Below are positions 13,377 to 25,560 of a stretch of DNA of 64,000 nucleotides, piece by piece. How positions within the stretch are numbered: position 1 is the stretch's first letter; each line of letters starts with the position of its first letter. The translations under genes and the position numbers were made by a program. The DNA is from Eledone cirrhosa (taxonomy: Eukaryota): positions 29,822,001-29,886,000 of the forward strand of contig OZ024742.1 in NCBI GenBank assembly GCA_964016885.1, given 5' to 3'. The notes under the pieces were generated by a model. That model was given only the letters and a program-made list of their open reading frames with translations, made no database searches and had not been told where the DNA came from.

Positions 13377-13444
<68 letters not shown>

Positions 13445-13790
13445 AGTGTGTTGGTTATCGTGTTGAGCTCTACTGATGAACGGTTCCAACCATGACTAAC
13501 TTCACTGAAAAGTTTCGTGAAATAGTCTTTTTAAGACTATATAGAGCATTTGTAGTTTTTCCAAATTGAAGGATGAGTATTTAACCTTAATTCTATTCTG
13601 AGTTAAGACTCTATTGGTTTTTTTCCCTGGATTTCACAAAATCTGTGGATAAAATTTCTGTCTTAATTTTTTTTTTATTGAGTTTTAATTATTTTCCCAT
13701 ATCTTACGTTAATTATTTTCCATCTTGACGTTATAGTCACTTATATATTATGAAATACTGTTGGCTTCTTGCTCACGTTTCTCTATTTTC

Positions 13791-13832
<42 letters not shown>

Positions 13833-13907
13833 ATAATAATAAAATTGATATATAGTAATAATAGTAATAATAGTAAATATAGTAATAATTGATATATAGT
13901 AATAATA

Positions 13908-13972
<65 letters not shown>

Positions 13973-14302
13973 TGGATGTATATATAATGTATTTTGCAAT
14001 ACACTTTATGCTTAATTAAAAGCATTTTGAAGACCGTAAGCTATTGTTTTTTAGAGTAGTCACAAATTCACTTACTTTGATCTCAGCAAACAGGGGAGAT
14101 AAGCCTTGTTTCGCTTTTGTTGAAGCTTATCAAGGCTAACTACTATATATATATATTATATATGTGTGATACAGTTCGTTCACCATACCGAGAACATACT
14201 GAGTGCTCTACTACTACGGATATAACTCAACAGAGTTCTACTATTATATATATGTATATATATACATATATATACATATATATATATATACATAAATATA
14301 TA

Positions 14303-14369
<67 letters not shown>

Positions 14370-14802
14370 TGTGTGTGTGTGTATGCATGTATTTTTGGGG
14401 GTGGGGTGTCTCCTAATCCCTAGGAGATCACACTGATAATAAACCTGTGACTTCGTTTGCTTCCAATGATGTAGACCAGTTCTTCTTTTTAGGTAAATGT
14501 GTTTGATGTTCAGAGAGTGTGGCTGACCCCGGGCAAAGCCTTTCCTCACTTTAAAAAGTTTCAAGCACAGGCATTGCTTGATATGTAACATGTTTTTGCG
14601 ATGCATGGCATTGCTGGCCATAGGCAAGTCCCTGGCAGGACTAAAAGGCCACGTCTGTGATGCTCATGCTTAAGTATCAAATGATGGCATTACTCGAAAT
14701 TGAGTTGCAGCCATCATGTATGTATGTATGTATGTATGTATGTATGTATGTATGTATGTATGTATGTATGTATGTATGTATGTATGGTTATGTATGTATG
14801 TT

Positions 14803-15455
14803 GTCAGGTCACCAGTTGGTGCTACTGGTAACATGTATACCAGTACAACCTGTCTCATGGTCGGGTCGTTGGCGACTAAACTGGCAACCCCACCAAGGTT
14901 TCTTGGTGAGGAGGGTGACTTTGGACATCCTGCAGGACTAAAAACAAAACCTGTCAAAGGGCAAAGGAGCTCTTAAGAGTCAATGGCCATCCAAAATAAC
15001 CGGGAGAGATGACCCCTTAGCCTTTGTCAAGGCAGAATTCTAGGAGAAGGAAAACTCTGATATAACACCTGCAACCCTGATGGTATCCAATGATGTTGAC
15101 TTGTTCTTCTTTTTGGTAAATATCATCTTGGTTAAGAGAGTGGGACTGGTTTTGTGCAGTGCCTTTGCTCACTATAAAAGCTTCAGGGCACAGGCATTGC
15201 TTTATATCTGGAGATCTCTCTGCACTTGTCGTCACATGGTACCATGGGCCCAGCACTATGTGTCAATAAATGTCACAAGTGTAGTGTTTGTACCAGAGTT
15301 TTCAAGTCGCTGGCTGGACTAAAAAGTCACACTCGTTCAGCGCATCGGTAGGGGTTCTCCTACATGGATATAAAGTAGTGGCCGTACTCGAAAACGAGTT
15401 GGCAGCCACCATGTATGTATGTATGTATGTATGTATGTATGTATGTATGTATGTT
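14803..15455 (+). mobile_element. Non-coding, probably RTE-derived retroelement with (ATGT)n tail
   Basis: Contains CTAGGAGAAGGAAAACTCTG, which is reminiscent of RTE 5' UTRs. It is bounded by (ATGT)n. Its 3' part recurs at 62045-62283 (inverted) and, diverged, at 14400-14715. Confidence 0.55.
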
Positions 15456-15796
15456 CTTCTGGTTTTATAATTTCACAAAGTTTTACCAATAGAGAGAGAG
15501 TCGGTTTCTAACATAGACACAAGACTCTCTCATTGGAATTTACACATCAACTAGGTAGATATGTATGTATGCATGTGAAGATATGGATGTTATTGTATGT
15601 GTGGATGTGGATGTTTTGAGTTGTATGTGTGCATGTGTATATGCTTTGCATCTGTATATGTGTATATGTATGTATATATGTATGTATGTATGTACGGATG
15701 TATATGGCGATTTTCAATATGTATCTATATGTAAGCGAAATTTGCCTGTAGGTCTGAGGTGTCAAAGCTTTATCTATATAAACACACACACACACA

Positions 15797-15970
<174 letters not shown>

Positions 15971-16896
15971 TATAACCGGTACCTTGTGTATTGTCCCCCT
16001 TCGGTATCTATACACAAGGTGTCAGTTAGATAGGTCTTTGTCTACAAATGCTTTTATTTGCAGCGATGTTACGATGTTAAAAATCATTTAATTTATGCTG
16101 GTCAATGCTCGTTTTATGGCAGATATAGACATATGTGTGTGTGTACATGCTATATATATATATATATATATGAGTGAGTGTGAGTGTATGTATACATATA
16201 TGTATCTAAGTATATGAGGGTTGCGTGATTAAAGTGTCTGTCTGTGTGCGTTTCGATAAACCACATTCTCCATAGTCGGTTTTACACAATTAACTGCCTT
16301 CAACGACCTCTCCAGGACAAGCTATATACTTAACTAAATCGGCTTTTAACAGATTAGACTCCTTCTTGGGACCCAAAAGCAATTTTAACCTTTCCTTTTA
16401 CCTTTGACCTTCATATAAAGCTTAAAATTCTGTCACGTAATGAATATTACAGACAGATATGAACATTCTCCATACATACATCGCTTTCGGCCAATAACAA
16501 TTTAGTTTCTACCGCATCGAGTATCCCTGACGTAAAGCTAACTTCTCGTCCAACCAATCAAACTTCTGATCCCCCGGTCTCAATTCCCACTTGGAATCGC
16601 TTTCACTAAGTTCGCGTTAATCAAACTCCTTAGGGGGGAAGAAGAAAGAGTTGAAACTCCTCAACATGCTTCAGTCCACCTACTTCCTTTCTATCTATGA
16701 ATCTCCATGTCTGTGTTTAGAAATCGATAATTTGGCTTCAGTCCAAAATAAAATTTTACGAAACAATAGCAACGTAGTCTTTGTGTTTACTTATAGATTG
16801 TCGGGCAGGCGAGAGCTGCAGAGCTAGAGGCGAGCAACTAGAAAATGTCAGGGAAAAGAATGTGGTTTCAATCCTTCATTGAAGCCACTTCATAAT

Positions 16897-17116
16897 TATT
16901 TCTGATTTAGACACAAGACCAACATTTTTTTAGGGCGGTGGGAGTCGATTAAATCTACCCCAATGCGTTACTGTTACTTTATTTTATCGACCCCGTAAGG
17001 ATCAAAGGTACTTTATTTTATCGACTCCGTAAGGATGATAGGTACTTTATTTTATCGACCCCGTAAGGATGAAAGGCAAATCTTACCTCGGCGAGATATG
17101 AACTCAGAACGTAAAG
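16897..17116 (-). mobile_element. SINE with triplicated 33-34-bp core segment
   Basis: TACTTTATTTTATCGACCCCGTAAGGATGAAAGG occurs three times at 16975-17077. Confidence 0.8.
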
Positions 17117-17584
17117 CCCCTTCAAAATATATATTATTCACAATGAGATATCCCACAAATATTTTATCTTAGCAAAAGCATAACCGCCCCAATATCACAT
17201 TTCTTCAACTTTTCTGTTGTTTAAAGAATATCTGCACCTTAGTGCCTCTCAAATCTAAAACTTGTTAAATACTTTGAACTTGTATGTATATGTGTGCGTC
17301 TCAATGTACCTCCATCTGTCAATCAACGTATAGCTCCGCCCCCTAAGAGATAAATTTCTATTTATTTGCCACGAGGGCACAAAAGAAGGGGACATTTACA
17401 CAGTGGGGGAGTTTACATAAATCGAGTAAAGAAAAAAGGAATAACAATAATAATATAACAATAAAAAGTCCTCAAAAGGGAGGGGGCGTGTTGGGGATTG
17501 CACATACCCCCGAAAAGTGTGCAACTCTTTTCGCGGGGGAAGCCCAGAGAGGAGGCGCTCCCCCTTTCCTCTTCACTTCTTCAC

Positions 17585-20500
17585 CTACAGAACAATGTAG
17601 AGAGAAGGCCCATTTACACGGGCCATTCTCGCTTCTTTCACCCACCTTTCATAAAACTGTCTGGGACCAAGCACTTCTCTCTCCATCCTGATTCTTCTTC
17701 CGAAGTGGTATCGGAAGAAGTAAACCAGGTGATGGCCGGAGAGAAAGTCACCCGACCTCAGACCTTTCAGGCGCGTCCACCACACAACCTCTTTCATCAT
17801 GGCTATTACGCACAGAAAGACCGCCTCTGCTTCATTTCTGAAGGGAGGAGGCGGCTTGATGTTCACCACAGACTCGGCGGTTAATCGAATCGGCGCCACA
17901 CGCGACAGCAGTCGTTCGACGTAGCCCCACAGATCGGCAACGCCCGGGCAGTGTACCAGTGCATGCGCAACGGTTTCCTCGTCGCGCACGCATCTGGGAC
18001 AGATCTTTTTCGCGGGATCCCTGCCCGGGCGCCCGTGTCTGTAGAGCTTTTCTCGAACGGGCAGAGCCCCCCGGTAACACTGCCAGGCTAGGGACCTCTG
18101 GAAGTTGTCCATGGGTCCCGGGCCGAAAGTTCTACCGAACAGGCTGGCCAGTTCGTCCTCCTCCATGCCTAGCGACTCTCCAAGGGTGTCGTCGCCCCTG
18201 CTAGCCACCAACCCTCTATAGAATGTCGAGGTGGATTCTCCACTGACAGTCGGGTCCGCTTGCCAGATAGCCGTGAGCGCCTGGGCACACTCAGTGTGCC
18301 AGTTGCCCAGTTTTCTCGGTCTTTGCTTCACCCAGGATTGCAGTTCGGTGAGCGAGACGAGCTGTGGGAAGGCTCGCCTCACAAACGGGGCCCACACCGG
18401 CTGACCGTTGAGGAATACCTGTAGATGCCGTAGCCTCAATGCGTGCCTACGCATCAACAGCCACGGCATACCCAGCCCTCCTTTCGAAGGGTGCTGGCAG
18501 CAGATGGATCTCCTCACCATGGGAGGCCGCTTCTTCCAGAGGAACTGGAAGAGCATGCGTTCCATGATGGTGAGCTTTTCCTTGGGGCAAGGCACGACGG
18601 TCAGGCGGTAGTAGATGACGGACGCTATGTAAGCGTTCGTCACCTCCGCCCGACCTTTCAGTGATAGTTTGCACTTGGCCCACTTCTGGGTCAGCGCAAA
18701 CACCCTGCTCGTCACCTCGCCCCAATTCTTCTCCACCTGGAGGTCCGGTCCGAACCAGACCCCGAGCAGCTTCACCGGGCCCTCCGTCCACCGCCCGACG
18801 ACACCGTCTAACGGCATCGGTTTGCCCCTCCACGTTCCGAGTTGCAAACCGACTGACTTGTCCTGGTTCAGCTTAGCCCCCGTCAGCCTTTCGTATTCCT
18901 CCAGTAGGGTGGCGATCGCCCCGATTTCCGAGGCGTCCGCCACCATTACTGTTACGTCGTCGGCATAGGCCGAGACCGCTTTGTGCAATCCCGGTTCCAG
19001 GGGTATGCCCCGCAGCAACTCCAACTTCCGCAGCAGTGGCTCGAGAGTCAATACGTACAGAAGGGAGGAGAGGGGGCACCCCTGTCTGATGGATCGGGTG
19101 ATTTGAAACGGCTCCGAGAGGTAGCCGTTTACTTTAATCCTAGAGTAGATGTTGCCACTGTGCATGGCAGAAATCCAGCCCCTGAAAACGGGTCCGAAGC
19201 CCGCCGCCGCTAGCACCGCATCCAGGTAACCATGGTCGACCCTATCGAACGCCTTAGATTGATCCAAGTTGATCAGGGCCCCACCAAAGCCGGGTTCGTA
19301 GCCAACCCTCTCTATGATGTATCGCATGAGGTGGAGGTTGTCGTGAATGGACCTGGACGGGATAGCGCATGTCTGCGCGTCTCCCACCAAACCACCCACC
19401 ACAAGCGCCAACCTCTTCGTCAACACCTTGGCCAAAATCTGTAACTCTGCATTCAGCAGAGTTATGGGCCTAAAGTTACTTAAGTCGTCCCCCTTGCTCT
19501 CGTCCTTCCTCACTAGCGTGACCACGCCCTTGGTCACAGAACAGGGAATTCTCCCGTTCTGTTGCCAGTTGCAATAGACAGCCTCGAGGAGTTCGGAGAA
19601 CAAGACCGGCATAGCTAAATAAAGTTCGTATGGTAGACCATCGAGACCCGGGGATTTGCGTCTGCTGCATTGGCTGAGCGCTTCCCCGATTTCAGTGGCT
19701 GTGATTGGCCCTTCGCAGCACTCCGCTTCGCCGCTCGAAAGACGCGGTAGACCGTCGAGGCATGGACCGAAGTCCACATCCCCGTCCGGCCCCCCGCCAC
19801 CTCCGAACAGTCGAGCAAAGTGCCTTTGAAAGGTCTCGCACATTCGCTCAGGTTCAAGGATCACCCGTCCATCCTGGTCTCGCAAAGACCGAATGGTGGA
19901 TTTAATCCCACTCTTGGCTTCTGTCACGCGGGCCCAGCTAACAGCTTTGGTCCCCTCGTTTCCTAAAGCACGTATTTTACTTCGGACAACGCAGCCTTCG
20001 TGCTTCGCGTCAAAGAACTGGCTCAATGCCGTTCTCGTCGCTAACACTCTGGCTACGTCTCCGCTCCTAATCGCCTCTTCTAGTTTATCTGTTAACTCCC
20101 TTTCCCTCCTATTTCTATTCGCCGCTAGTTCCTTACTGTAACCTATCGAACTTACTCTAATCTCTCTCTTTAGAGATATCCACCACCTACTGTTGACGAT
20201 CGCTCCCGTCAACCGCATCTTAACTAAGCTACTAATCCGGTTTCTGTAATCTTTCTTTGTCGGTAAGGACAAGTTCATCTTCCAGTAACCGGGACCCTGT
20301 CTATGCGTTCTATCAAGGTTGACCACGCAGGTCACTAATTTGTGATCTGAATAGCCAACCATGATCAGTTCTGGACAACTAAATACGTCCCTATCCTTAC
20401 TCCTAACCAAAAACCTATCTAGGTACGATCTAGATTGTCCACTGCGGTTTGCCCAGGTCCAGGTTGGCGCAGTTGGACAATCTAGTCGAAATCTATCGAC

Positions 20501-21013
20501 CAGGTCGAATCGATCGAGTAACCCCTTGAGGCTGCTACACCCCCCTCTATCGGGACATGCCCCTGCATAGTCCCAACGCGCATCTAGGATTCCATTCCAG
20601 TCCCCCACTAAAAGCAGGGAACGCGACGTTCCTAGAAAAGTCTCCAGACGTTGGAAGAAGTCGGCTCTCTCCGCCCCGAAGGGAGCATAAAGACCGACCA
20701 GTCTGAAAGCCCCGCCTTCACCACCTCCGACGTCCAGCACCAGTAATCGACCCCCCGGGTCCGAGTGAACAATCTGTACGTCGAGAGTCAGACGTTTATC
20801 CAGCAGTACGGCAACTCCCCCCCCGCCTCCGGGTTGACAGAGAGATGCGTGCATCTCAAAGTCATCGAAGGCGGGCGCCAGCTGTCTCACGCTGCTGATC
20901 CGACTCTCGCAAACAACCATCACATCTATACTTTGTGACCTGAGGTCACTTAGAAGCTTTGCTTGCTTCCAAGCTGAGCTCAGGCCACGCGCGTTCAAAC
21001 AGCCAACTCTCAA
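17585..21013 (-). CDS. ORF2: APE endonuclease, reverse transcriptase and C-terminal Cys-His domain
   Basis: LNARGL, GDWNGIL, YLDRFL, SDHK; KSPGLDGL, FRPITLLN, DQSKAFDRVDH, QGCPLS, YADD; CPRC..E.VAH.L.HC. No ATG at the expected start. Confidence 0.93.
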   Translation of the reverse strand: MRVGCLNARGLSSAWKQAKLLSDLRSQSIDVMVVCESRISSVRQLAPAFDDFEMHASLCQPGGGGGVAVLLDKRLTLDVQIVHSDPGGRLLVLDVGGGEGGAFRLVGLYAPFGAERADFFQRLETFLGTSRSLLLVGDWNGILDARWDYAGACPDRGGCSSLKGLLDRFDLVDRFRLDCPTAPTWTWANRSGQSRSYLDRFLVRSKDRDVFSCPELIMVGYSDHKLVTCVVNLDRTHRQGPGYWKMNLSLPTKKDYRNRISSLVKMRLTGAIVNSRWWISLKREIRVSSIGYSKELAANRNRRERELTDKLEEAIRSGDVARVLATRTALSQFFDAKHEGCVVRSKIRALGNEGTKAVSWARVTEAKSGIKSTIRSLRDQDGRVILEPERMCETFQRHFARLFGGGGGPDGDVDFGPCLDGLPRLSSGEAECCEGPITATEIGEALSQCSRRKSPGLDGLPYELYLAMPVLFSELLEAVYCNWQQNGRIPCSVTKGVVTLVRKDESKGDDLSNFRPITLLNAELQILAKVLTKRLALVVGGLVGDAQTCAIPSRSIHDNLHLMRYIIERVGYEPGFGGALINLDQSKAFDRVDHGYLDAVLAAAGFGPVFRGWISAMHSGNIYSRIKVNGYLSEPFQITRSIRQGCPLSSLLYVLTLEPLLRKLELLRGIPLEPGLHKAVSAYADDVTVMVADASEIGAIATLLEEYERLTGAKLNQDKSVGLQLGTWRGKPMPLDGVVGRWTEGPVKLLGVWFGPDLQVEKNWGEVTSRVFALTQKWAKCKLSLKGRAEVTNAYIASVIYYRLTVVPCPKEKLTIMERMLFQFLWKKRPPMVRRSICCQHPSKGGLGMPWLLMRRHALRLRHLQVFLNGQPVWAPFVRRAFPQLVSLTELQSWVKQRPRKLGNWHTECAQALTAIWQADPTVSGESTSTFYRGLVASRGDDTLGESLGMEEDELASLFGRTFGPGPMDNFQRSLAWQCYRGALPVREKLYRHGRPGRDPAKKICPRCVRDEETVAHALVHCPGVADLWGYVERLLSRVAPIRLTAESVVNIKPPPPFRNEAEAVFLCVIAMMKEVVWWTRLKGLRSGDFLSGHHLVYFFRYHFGRRIRMEREVLGPRQFYERWVKEARMARVNGPSLYIVL

Positions 21014-21018
21014 TTGAT

Positions 21019-22854
21019 CTATTTTGGTGTTGAAAGTGAAGAAAGAAAAGCACTTACCTCTCCGGGTGGCGTAATTTCCATGGCATCAGGTGTGTTGGGT
21101 GGAGGGATGTTTTGTGGTGGTGTGGGGGTACACGTGTGTGGTGGGGTTGGGGTATTTGGAGTTGTGTCAGGGAGAGGGGCGGTTATGGGGAAATCTTTCA
21201 AGAGGACGCGATTCAACGGTTTTAAACAGGGGGGGCTCACGTCCCGTCTAAATTGTTCTTTTAAGGAACGATAAAGGTCCAGAGGGACCTTTATCATTTT
21301 TAAATGGGTGAAGTTCTCTGTTGAGATAAAGTTTGGCCCTTCGGTCTGCACCATAGGGTTATTGTTTATTAATTTAACCAGTTTTTTGTTTTCTTTATTT
21401 ATATATGTGTATTGCAACGTCTTTTTTTGTGATGCTGTCAATGTTTCGGAGAGGGGAGGCGCAGATTTATTTTTGTTTGTTGAGGGTGGGGTGTTTTTGA
21501 TTGGAGTTGGTGTTTGTGTGTGGGTTATTTGTGGTGTGCTGGGTGTGTGTTTTCTTTTTTTTCTTTTAACTTGTCTGAAGGCTTCTCCTCCTTCTTCTTC
21601 AGAAGTTGGGGGAAACTCTTCAGCGCTAGGTGGGAGGGACGTGTTGTGTGGTTGTTTTTTTTTTGCGGGAGGGGTAGATTTGTTACTGTTTTTTTTATTA
21701 TTTGTTTGGAATGGGTTTTGTGGTGGTGGTGGTGGTAATGTTTGTGTCGTGCTTGTGGTTGGTAATGGTGGTGGTGATGTTTGTGTTGTGGTTGGTGGTG
21801 GTGATTTTTGTGTCGTGCTTGTGTTTGGTGCTGGTGGTGGTGATGTTTGTGTTGTGTTTGTGGTTGGTGGTGTCTGTATTTTGTTTGCTGTGTGTGGTAT
21901 TAGTGTATTTTTGGAGGTGGGTGGTGCTGGTGTACTGTTTGTGGTGGGTGTGGGCAATAGTCCTTTTTGGGGGATACGTTTCGGGCAGTTAGCCTTAACG
22001 TGTCCCCTTTCCATGCATAAATAGCATGCTGGTCTTCTCCCCTCTACAATTATGTCTATTGGGGTAAGGTCATCCAGCCAGATGCGATCCGGGATTTGTG
22101 CTATTCTTTCGGGCCTCATTTGGACTAGTATGTCGAGGCCCATTCCCAGGAACGCATCTCCAGTTGCCTTCCCCATTGACAGCATAGTGTCTTCGCCCAT
22201 ATCAATGAAGCCAGCAATAGCCCACCAGAAGTCCATTGTGGGCAGCATTGTTTTTACTTTTATTCTCTGAGTTCTTCTACCCATGTAGGAGGGATAGAAG
22301 CTATATGTTGTCGACGAGAGTGGGCTTAGGGAAAGCTGAACCGCCGTTTCTTTGTCTCTTGTTAGGACCGAAATGCTGCCATAGAGTCGGTCCTTTCGTA
22401 TGAAGAGAATATTCTTCATATAGTCTTTTAGGACTAACTCTATTTCCATTTGGCTGGGCTGTGCTGGCTTTCTTGACTGGTTTAGTATAGTTCTGTATAT
22501 AACTGTGTTTTCTGCTCTGGCTTTCTTGAATTCTGGGGGGGAGTTAATGGAAAACATTCCGTTTTCCCCCAAAACAATATGTTTCTTTGCTTCGGCCAGT
22601 TTTTCTCTGGCGGCAGTTAGGTCAATTGGTGTGTATGTAATGGATTGCTTTGTTTTCTGGGCGAAAGTTGCCCTGTCGTTATTTGTATTATTTTCTGTTT
22701 GTTTGTTTTCTGTTTGCTCATTTTCCTTAACATTTGTTTTTTCATTTTGTTTGTTTGTTTCAATGTCTAATTTTGTTGTAATTATTTTTTGTTCTTCAGA
22801 CTTGGGGGGCGTGGCAGAGCTAATGGCAGACATGTCTGCCATCTTTTCCGCCAT
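21019..22854 (-). CDS. ORF1: gag-like protein with CCHC zinc knuckle and Pro/Thr-rich region
   Basis: CYLCMERGHVKANC; basic KRKKRK. First ATG is at 22854, directly upstream of ORF2. Confidence 0.85.
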   Translation of the reverse strand: MAEKMADMSAISSATPPKSEEQKIITTKLDIETNKQNEKTNVKENEQTENKQTENNTNNDRATFAQKTKQSITYTPIDLTAAREKLAEAKKHIVLGENGMFSINSPPEFKKARAENTVIYRTILNQSRKPAQPSQMEIELVLKDYMKNILFIRKDRLYGSISVLTRDKETAVQLSLSPLSSTTYSFYPSYMGRRTQRIKVKTMLPTMDFWWAIAGFIDMGEDTMLSMGKATGDAFLGMGLDILVQMRPERIAQIPDRIWLDDLTPIDIIVEGRRPACYLCMERGHVKANCPKRIPQKGLLPTPTTNSTPAPPTSKNTLIPHTANKIQTPPTTNTTQTSPPPAPNTSTTQKSPPPTTTQTSPPPLPTTSTTQTLPPPPPQNPFQTNNKKNSNKSTPPAKKKQPHNTSLPPSAEEFPPTSEEEGGEAFRQVKRKKRKHTPSTPQITHTQTPTPIKNTPPSTNKNKSAPPLSETLTASQKKTLQYTYINKENKKLVKLINNNPMVQTEGPNFISTENFTHLKMIKVPLDLYRSLKEQFRRDVSPPCLKPLNRVLLKDFPITAPLPDTTPNTPTPPHTCTPTPPQNIPPPNTPDAMEITPPGEVSAFLSSLSTPK

Positions 22855-23055
22855 GCTGCCAAGAAAGAAATTTTTCGGCAAAAATAGATATTTATTTTAC
22901 CCCCTAAAAAGGGGGTAAATGCAAAAATGTTTCCCTAAATAACAGGGGTTAGTGTTCCAAATGTGTTGCACTAAAAAATTTATCCGGTACTTACAATAGT
23001 AAGGGTAAATCCCGATGGAATAGCGGAGCCGATGCGAAGCGTGTCTTACTCTATC

Positions 23056-23091
<36 letters not shown>

Positions 23092-23574
23092 ATGTTATCA
23101 GGGTTTGGGGGTATAAAGGGAAGCAGATTAGCAACCGAAATAATGAATCTTGTATTTTTACAGCCGCTGTCATATGTGAGGTCAAGAAGCTTTACTTTAA
23201 TCAACCCAGTATACGTAGCTGTAGGGAGATATCACATCATTGTTGTATAGCGCACTGATGAAACAAACATCAGCTCTGTGGAATTCCCAGGAGATTCTTT
23301 GGCTTGTTTCTTTTGCTTTAGATTTCTCCGACAAAGTAATCTACTAGCGATAGTGTAGAGGATTATCCATGGAGAAATTTGACTTTCATCTGCAAAATGC
23401 CCCTGGATAGAGAGATAAGCACCAAGTACTCGTTCTAATTAATTTCTGTGGTTCAATAAAATAATTAATTACACAAATATCATCCAACTTCATTAACTGA
23501 CATTATTAAGAAAATTTTTTAATTAAAACCATTTTATCATTGAACGGTATACCGTGATAAAAGTATTTTTTAAG

Positions 23575-23905
23575 AGGATAAAAATGATAAACACTCCATA
23601 TAACGGTCACTCACCGACAGGTTTGCAGTCAAGCCCGTAGCTGTGGAGACATCTGGTGTCATTAGCCCTAGGACCACCTCCCTACTCACCACCATCGGCA
23701 CAGAGTTGGCTACCCGCAGGTGTGAACCTCGGTACCTGGAATGGTTCTTGTAGCGCGACTCCCTCACCGTCCTCCAGGGAAACGCCATTTCTATTCTGTC
23801 CGCCTGGGGGGGGGGGGGGCATTTGCTCACAATAGTGAGACATGGGGAGAGCGGGAAAGATGGGTGTAGTGACATTGGGAGTTGGGTTACATTGTGTTCG
23901 GATCT
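23575..23905 (+). mobile_element. CRE-clade (RLE) non-LTR retrotransposon 3' fragment
   Basis: Manual translation [58 protein letters not shown] resembles the CRE C-terminal ET.G...QRGNA motif. Confidence 0.65.
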
Positions 23906-23970
23906 GGTATATATATGTATATGTATATAGATATGTATATAGATATATAGATATATATGTATTTGTATAT

Positions 23971-24221
<251 letters not shown>

Positions 24222-24418
24222 GAACTTTTTTTGTTTAATATAAGGAACTGTTTCATTGTTTTATTCATTATTTTTTTAATATTTTATCTTGACTCTGTAT
24301 TCCGTTTATCTTTCACCGAAAGTGATTTTTCATTGCATCTCTTCTTTCCATGATATCCGGATTACATTGAGTTCTTCATACGGATTGGACACTACCGTAA
24401 ACTCTTGGTAGATTTATC

Positions 24419-24455
<37 letters not shown>

Positions 24456-24567
24456 ACATATATATATATATTTATTTATTTATTTATTTGCCATACCACA
24501 TTAACAGAAAGTGGTGGAGGTCAACCAGGGTGGGGGTTCCTCCAGCAGAGGAGAGAAGGCTCTGGAT

Positions 24568-24624
<57 letters not shown>

Positions 24625-24654
24625 TAATAATAATAATTATTATTATTATTATTA

Positions 24655-25254
24655 TAGTTGCATTTATCTTGCTTTATGTTCATACCAGTTATCACCAAGT
24701 CACAACCAGTGACCTCAAGAGACAACAAGGTCCGCCATGTTCAAGAAAGAACATACATACACACACATGCATCTTTAGGTTTAGACTTGTGATGTACTCA
24801 TATTGACAGAATCTTCCTTATTATATGGGCAGTTCCCATTAGTACTATCTTTTGTATTTCTCCTATACGCGGGTTTCCTGGGATTTGCGATAAGTAATCA
24901 TTAGCCCCTTAGGTATCATTCCCAGAGCGCCTACAACCACTGGTATTGTTTTAGTTCTCAATTTCCACATTTTTCCAATTTCTATCTCCAGGTCCTTATA
25001 CTTGCTCAATTTTTCAAATGTTTTTATAGATACATTCTTGTCTATTGGAACGGACATATCAATTAGCAGGCATACCCTCCTTTGAAAGTCCTTCAATATT
25101 ATATCAGGTCTATTTGCATCTATTTTTCGGTCTGTTTGGATGCTAAAGTTCCACAAGATTGAGATGTGATCTTTTTCAAGTATGAGAGGTGGTTGATGCT
25201 CCCACCAATTCTTTTGATGGGGCAGGTCAAAATGCTTACACATTATCCAATGTA

Positions 25255-25255
<1 letters not shown>
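24655..25255 (-). mobile_element. R4/Dong-type LINE 3' fragment (RLE domain)
   Basis: LWNFSIQTDRKIDANRPDIILKD...LIDMSVP..N...K.FEKLSKYKDL; frameshifted tail; (TAA)n on both sides. Confidence 0.85.
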
Positions 25256-25295
<40 letters not shown>

Positions 25296-25523
25296 AAGGG
25301 CGGTGGATTGGCAGTATCGGTAGAGTATAAGGGTGGTGGAGTGGTGGATTGGCAGTATCGGTAGAGTGTCGGACGCCATGCTTTTCGGCATGGTTAGGTC
25401 CCTTTACGATCTGAGTTCAAATCCCGCCGAGGTTGACTTTGCCTTTCATCCTTACGGGGTCGATAAAATAAAGTACCAGTAATGCACTGGGTAATTGCTG
25501 GCCTTGTGCCTAAAGTAGAAACA
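25296..25523 (+). mobile_element. tRNA-derived SINE with duplicated head
   Basis: GTGGATTGGCAGTATCGGTAGAGT occurs twice, followed by B-box, core and (ATT)n tail. Confidence 0.85.
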
Positions 25524-25560
25524 ATTATTATTATTATTATTATTATTATTGTTGTTATTC

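Larger units (their letters stand above)
12178..13380 (+). mobile_element. Non-coding HHR repeat: inverted partial copy plus two tandem 484-bp-period copies (retrozyme-like or ORF-less PLE pLTR array)
   Basis: 12178-12450 is the reverse complement of the unit 3' part. Tandem copies lie at about 12451-12898 and 12935-13380 and are near identical. Both flanks are (TA)n. Confidence 0.85.
17350..23057 (-). mobile_element. Full-length Tx1/L1-group non-LTR retrotransposon (about 5.7 kb)
   Basis: 5' UTR abuts (CTAT)n, ORF1 and ORF2 are uninterrupted, and the 3' UTR ends near AATAAA. Confidence 0.9.

Noticed and set aside
13473-13525. CTGATGA followed by distant GAAA
   Set aside because: No convincing stems.
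16220-16890. Non-repetitive stretch with CCAAT boxes
   Set aside because: Could be regulatory or exonic, but no ORF, splice structure or other support is visible.
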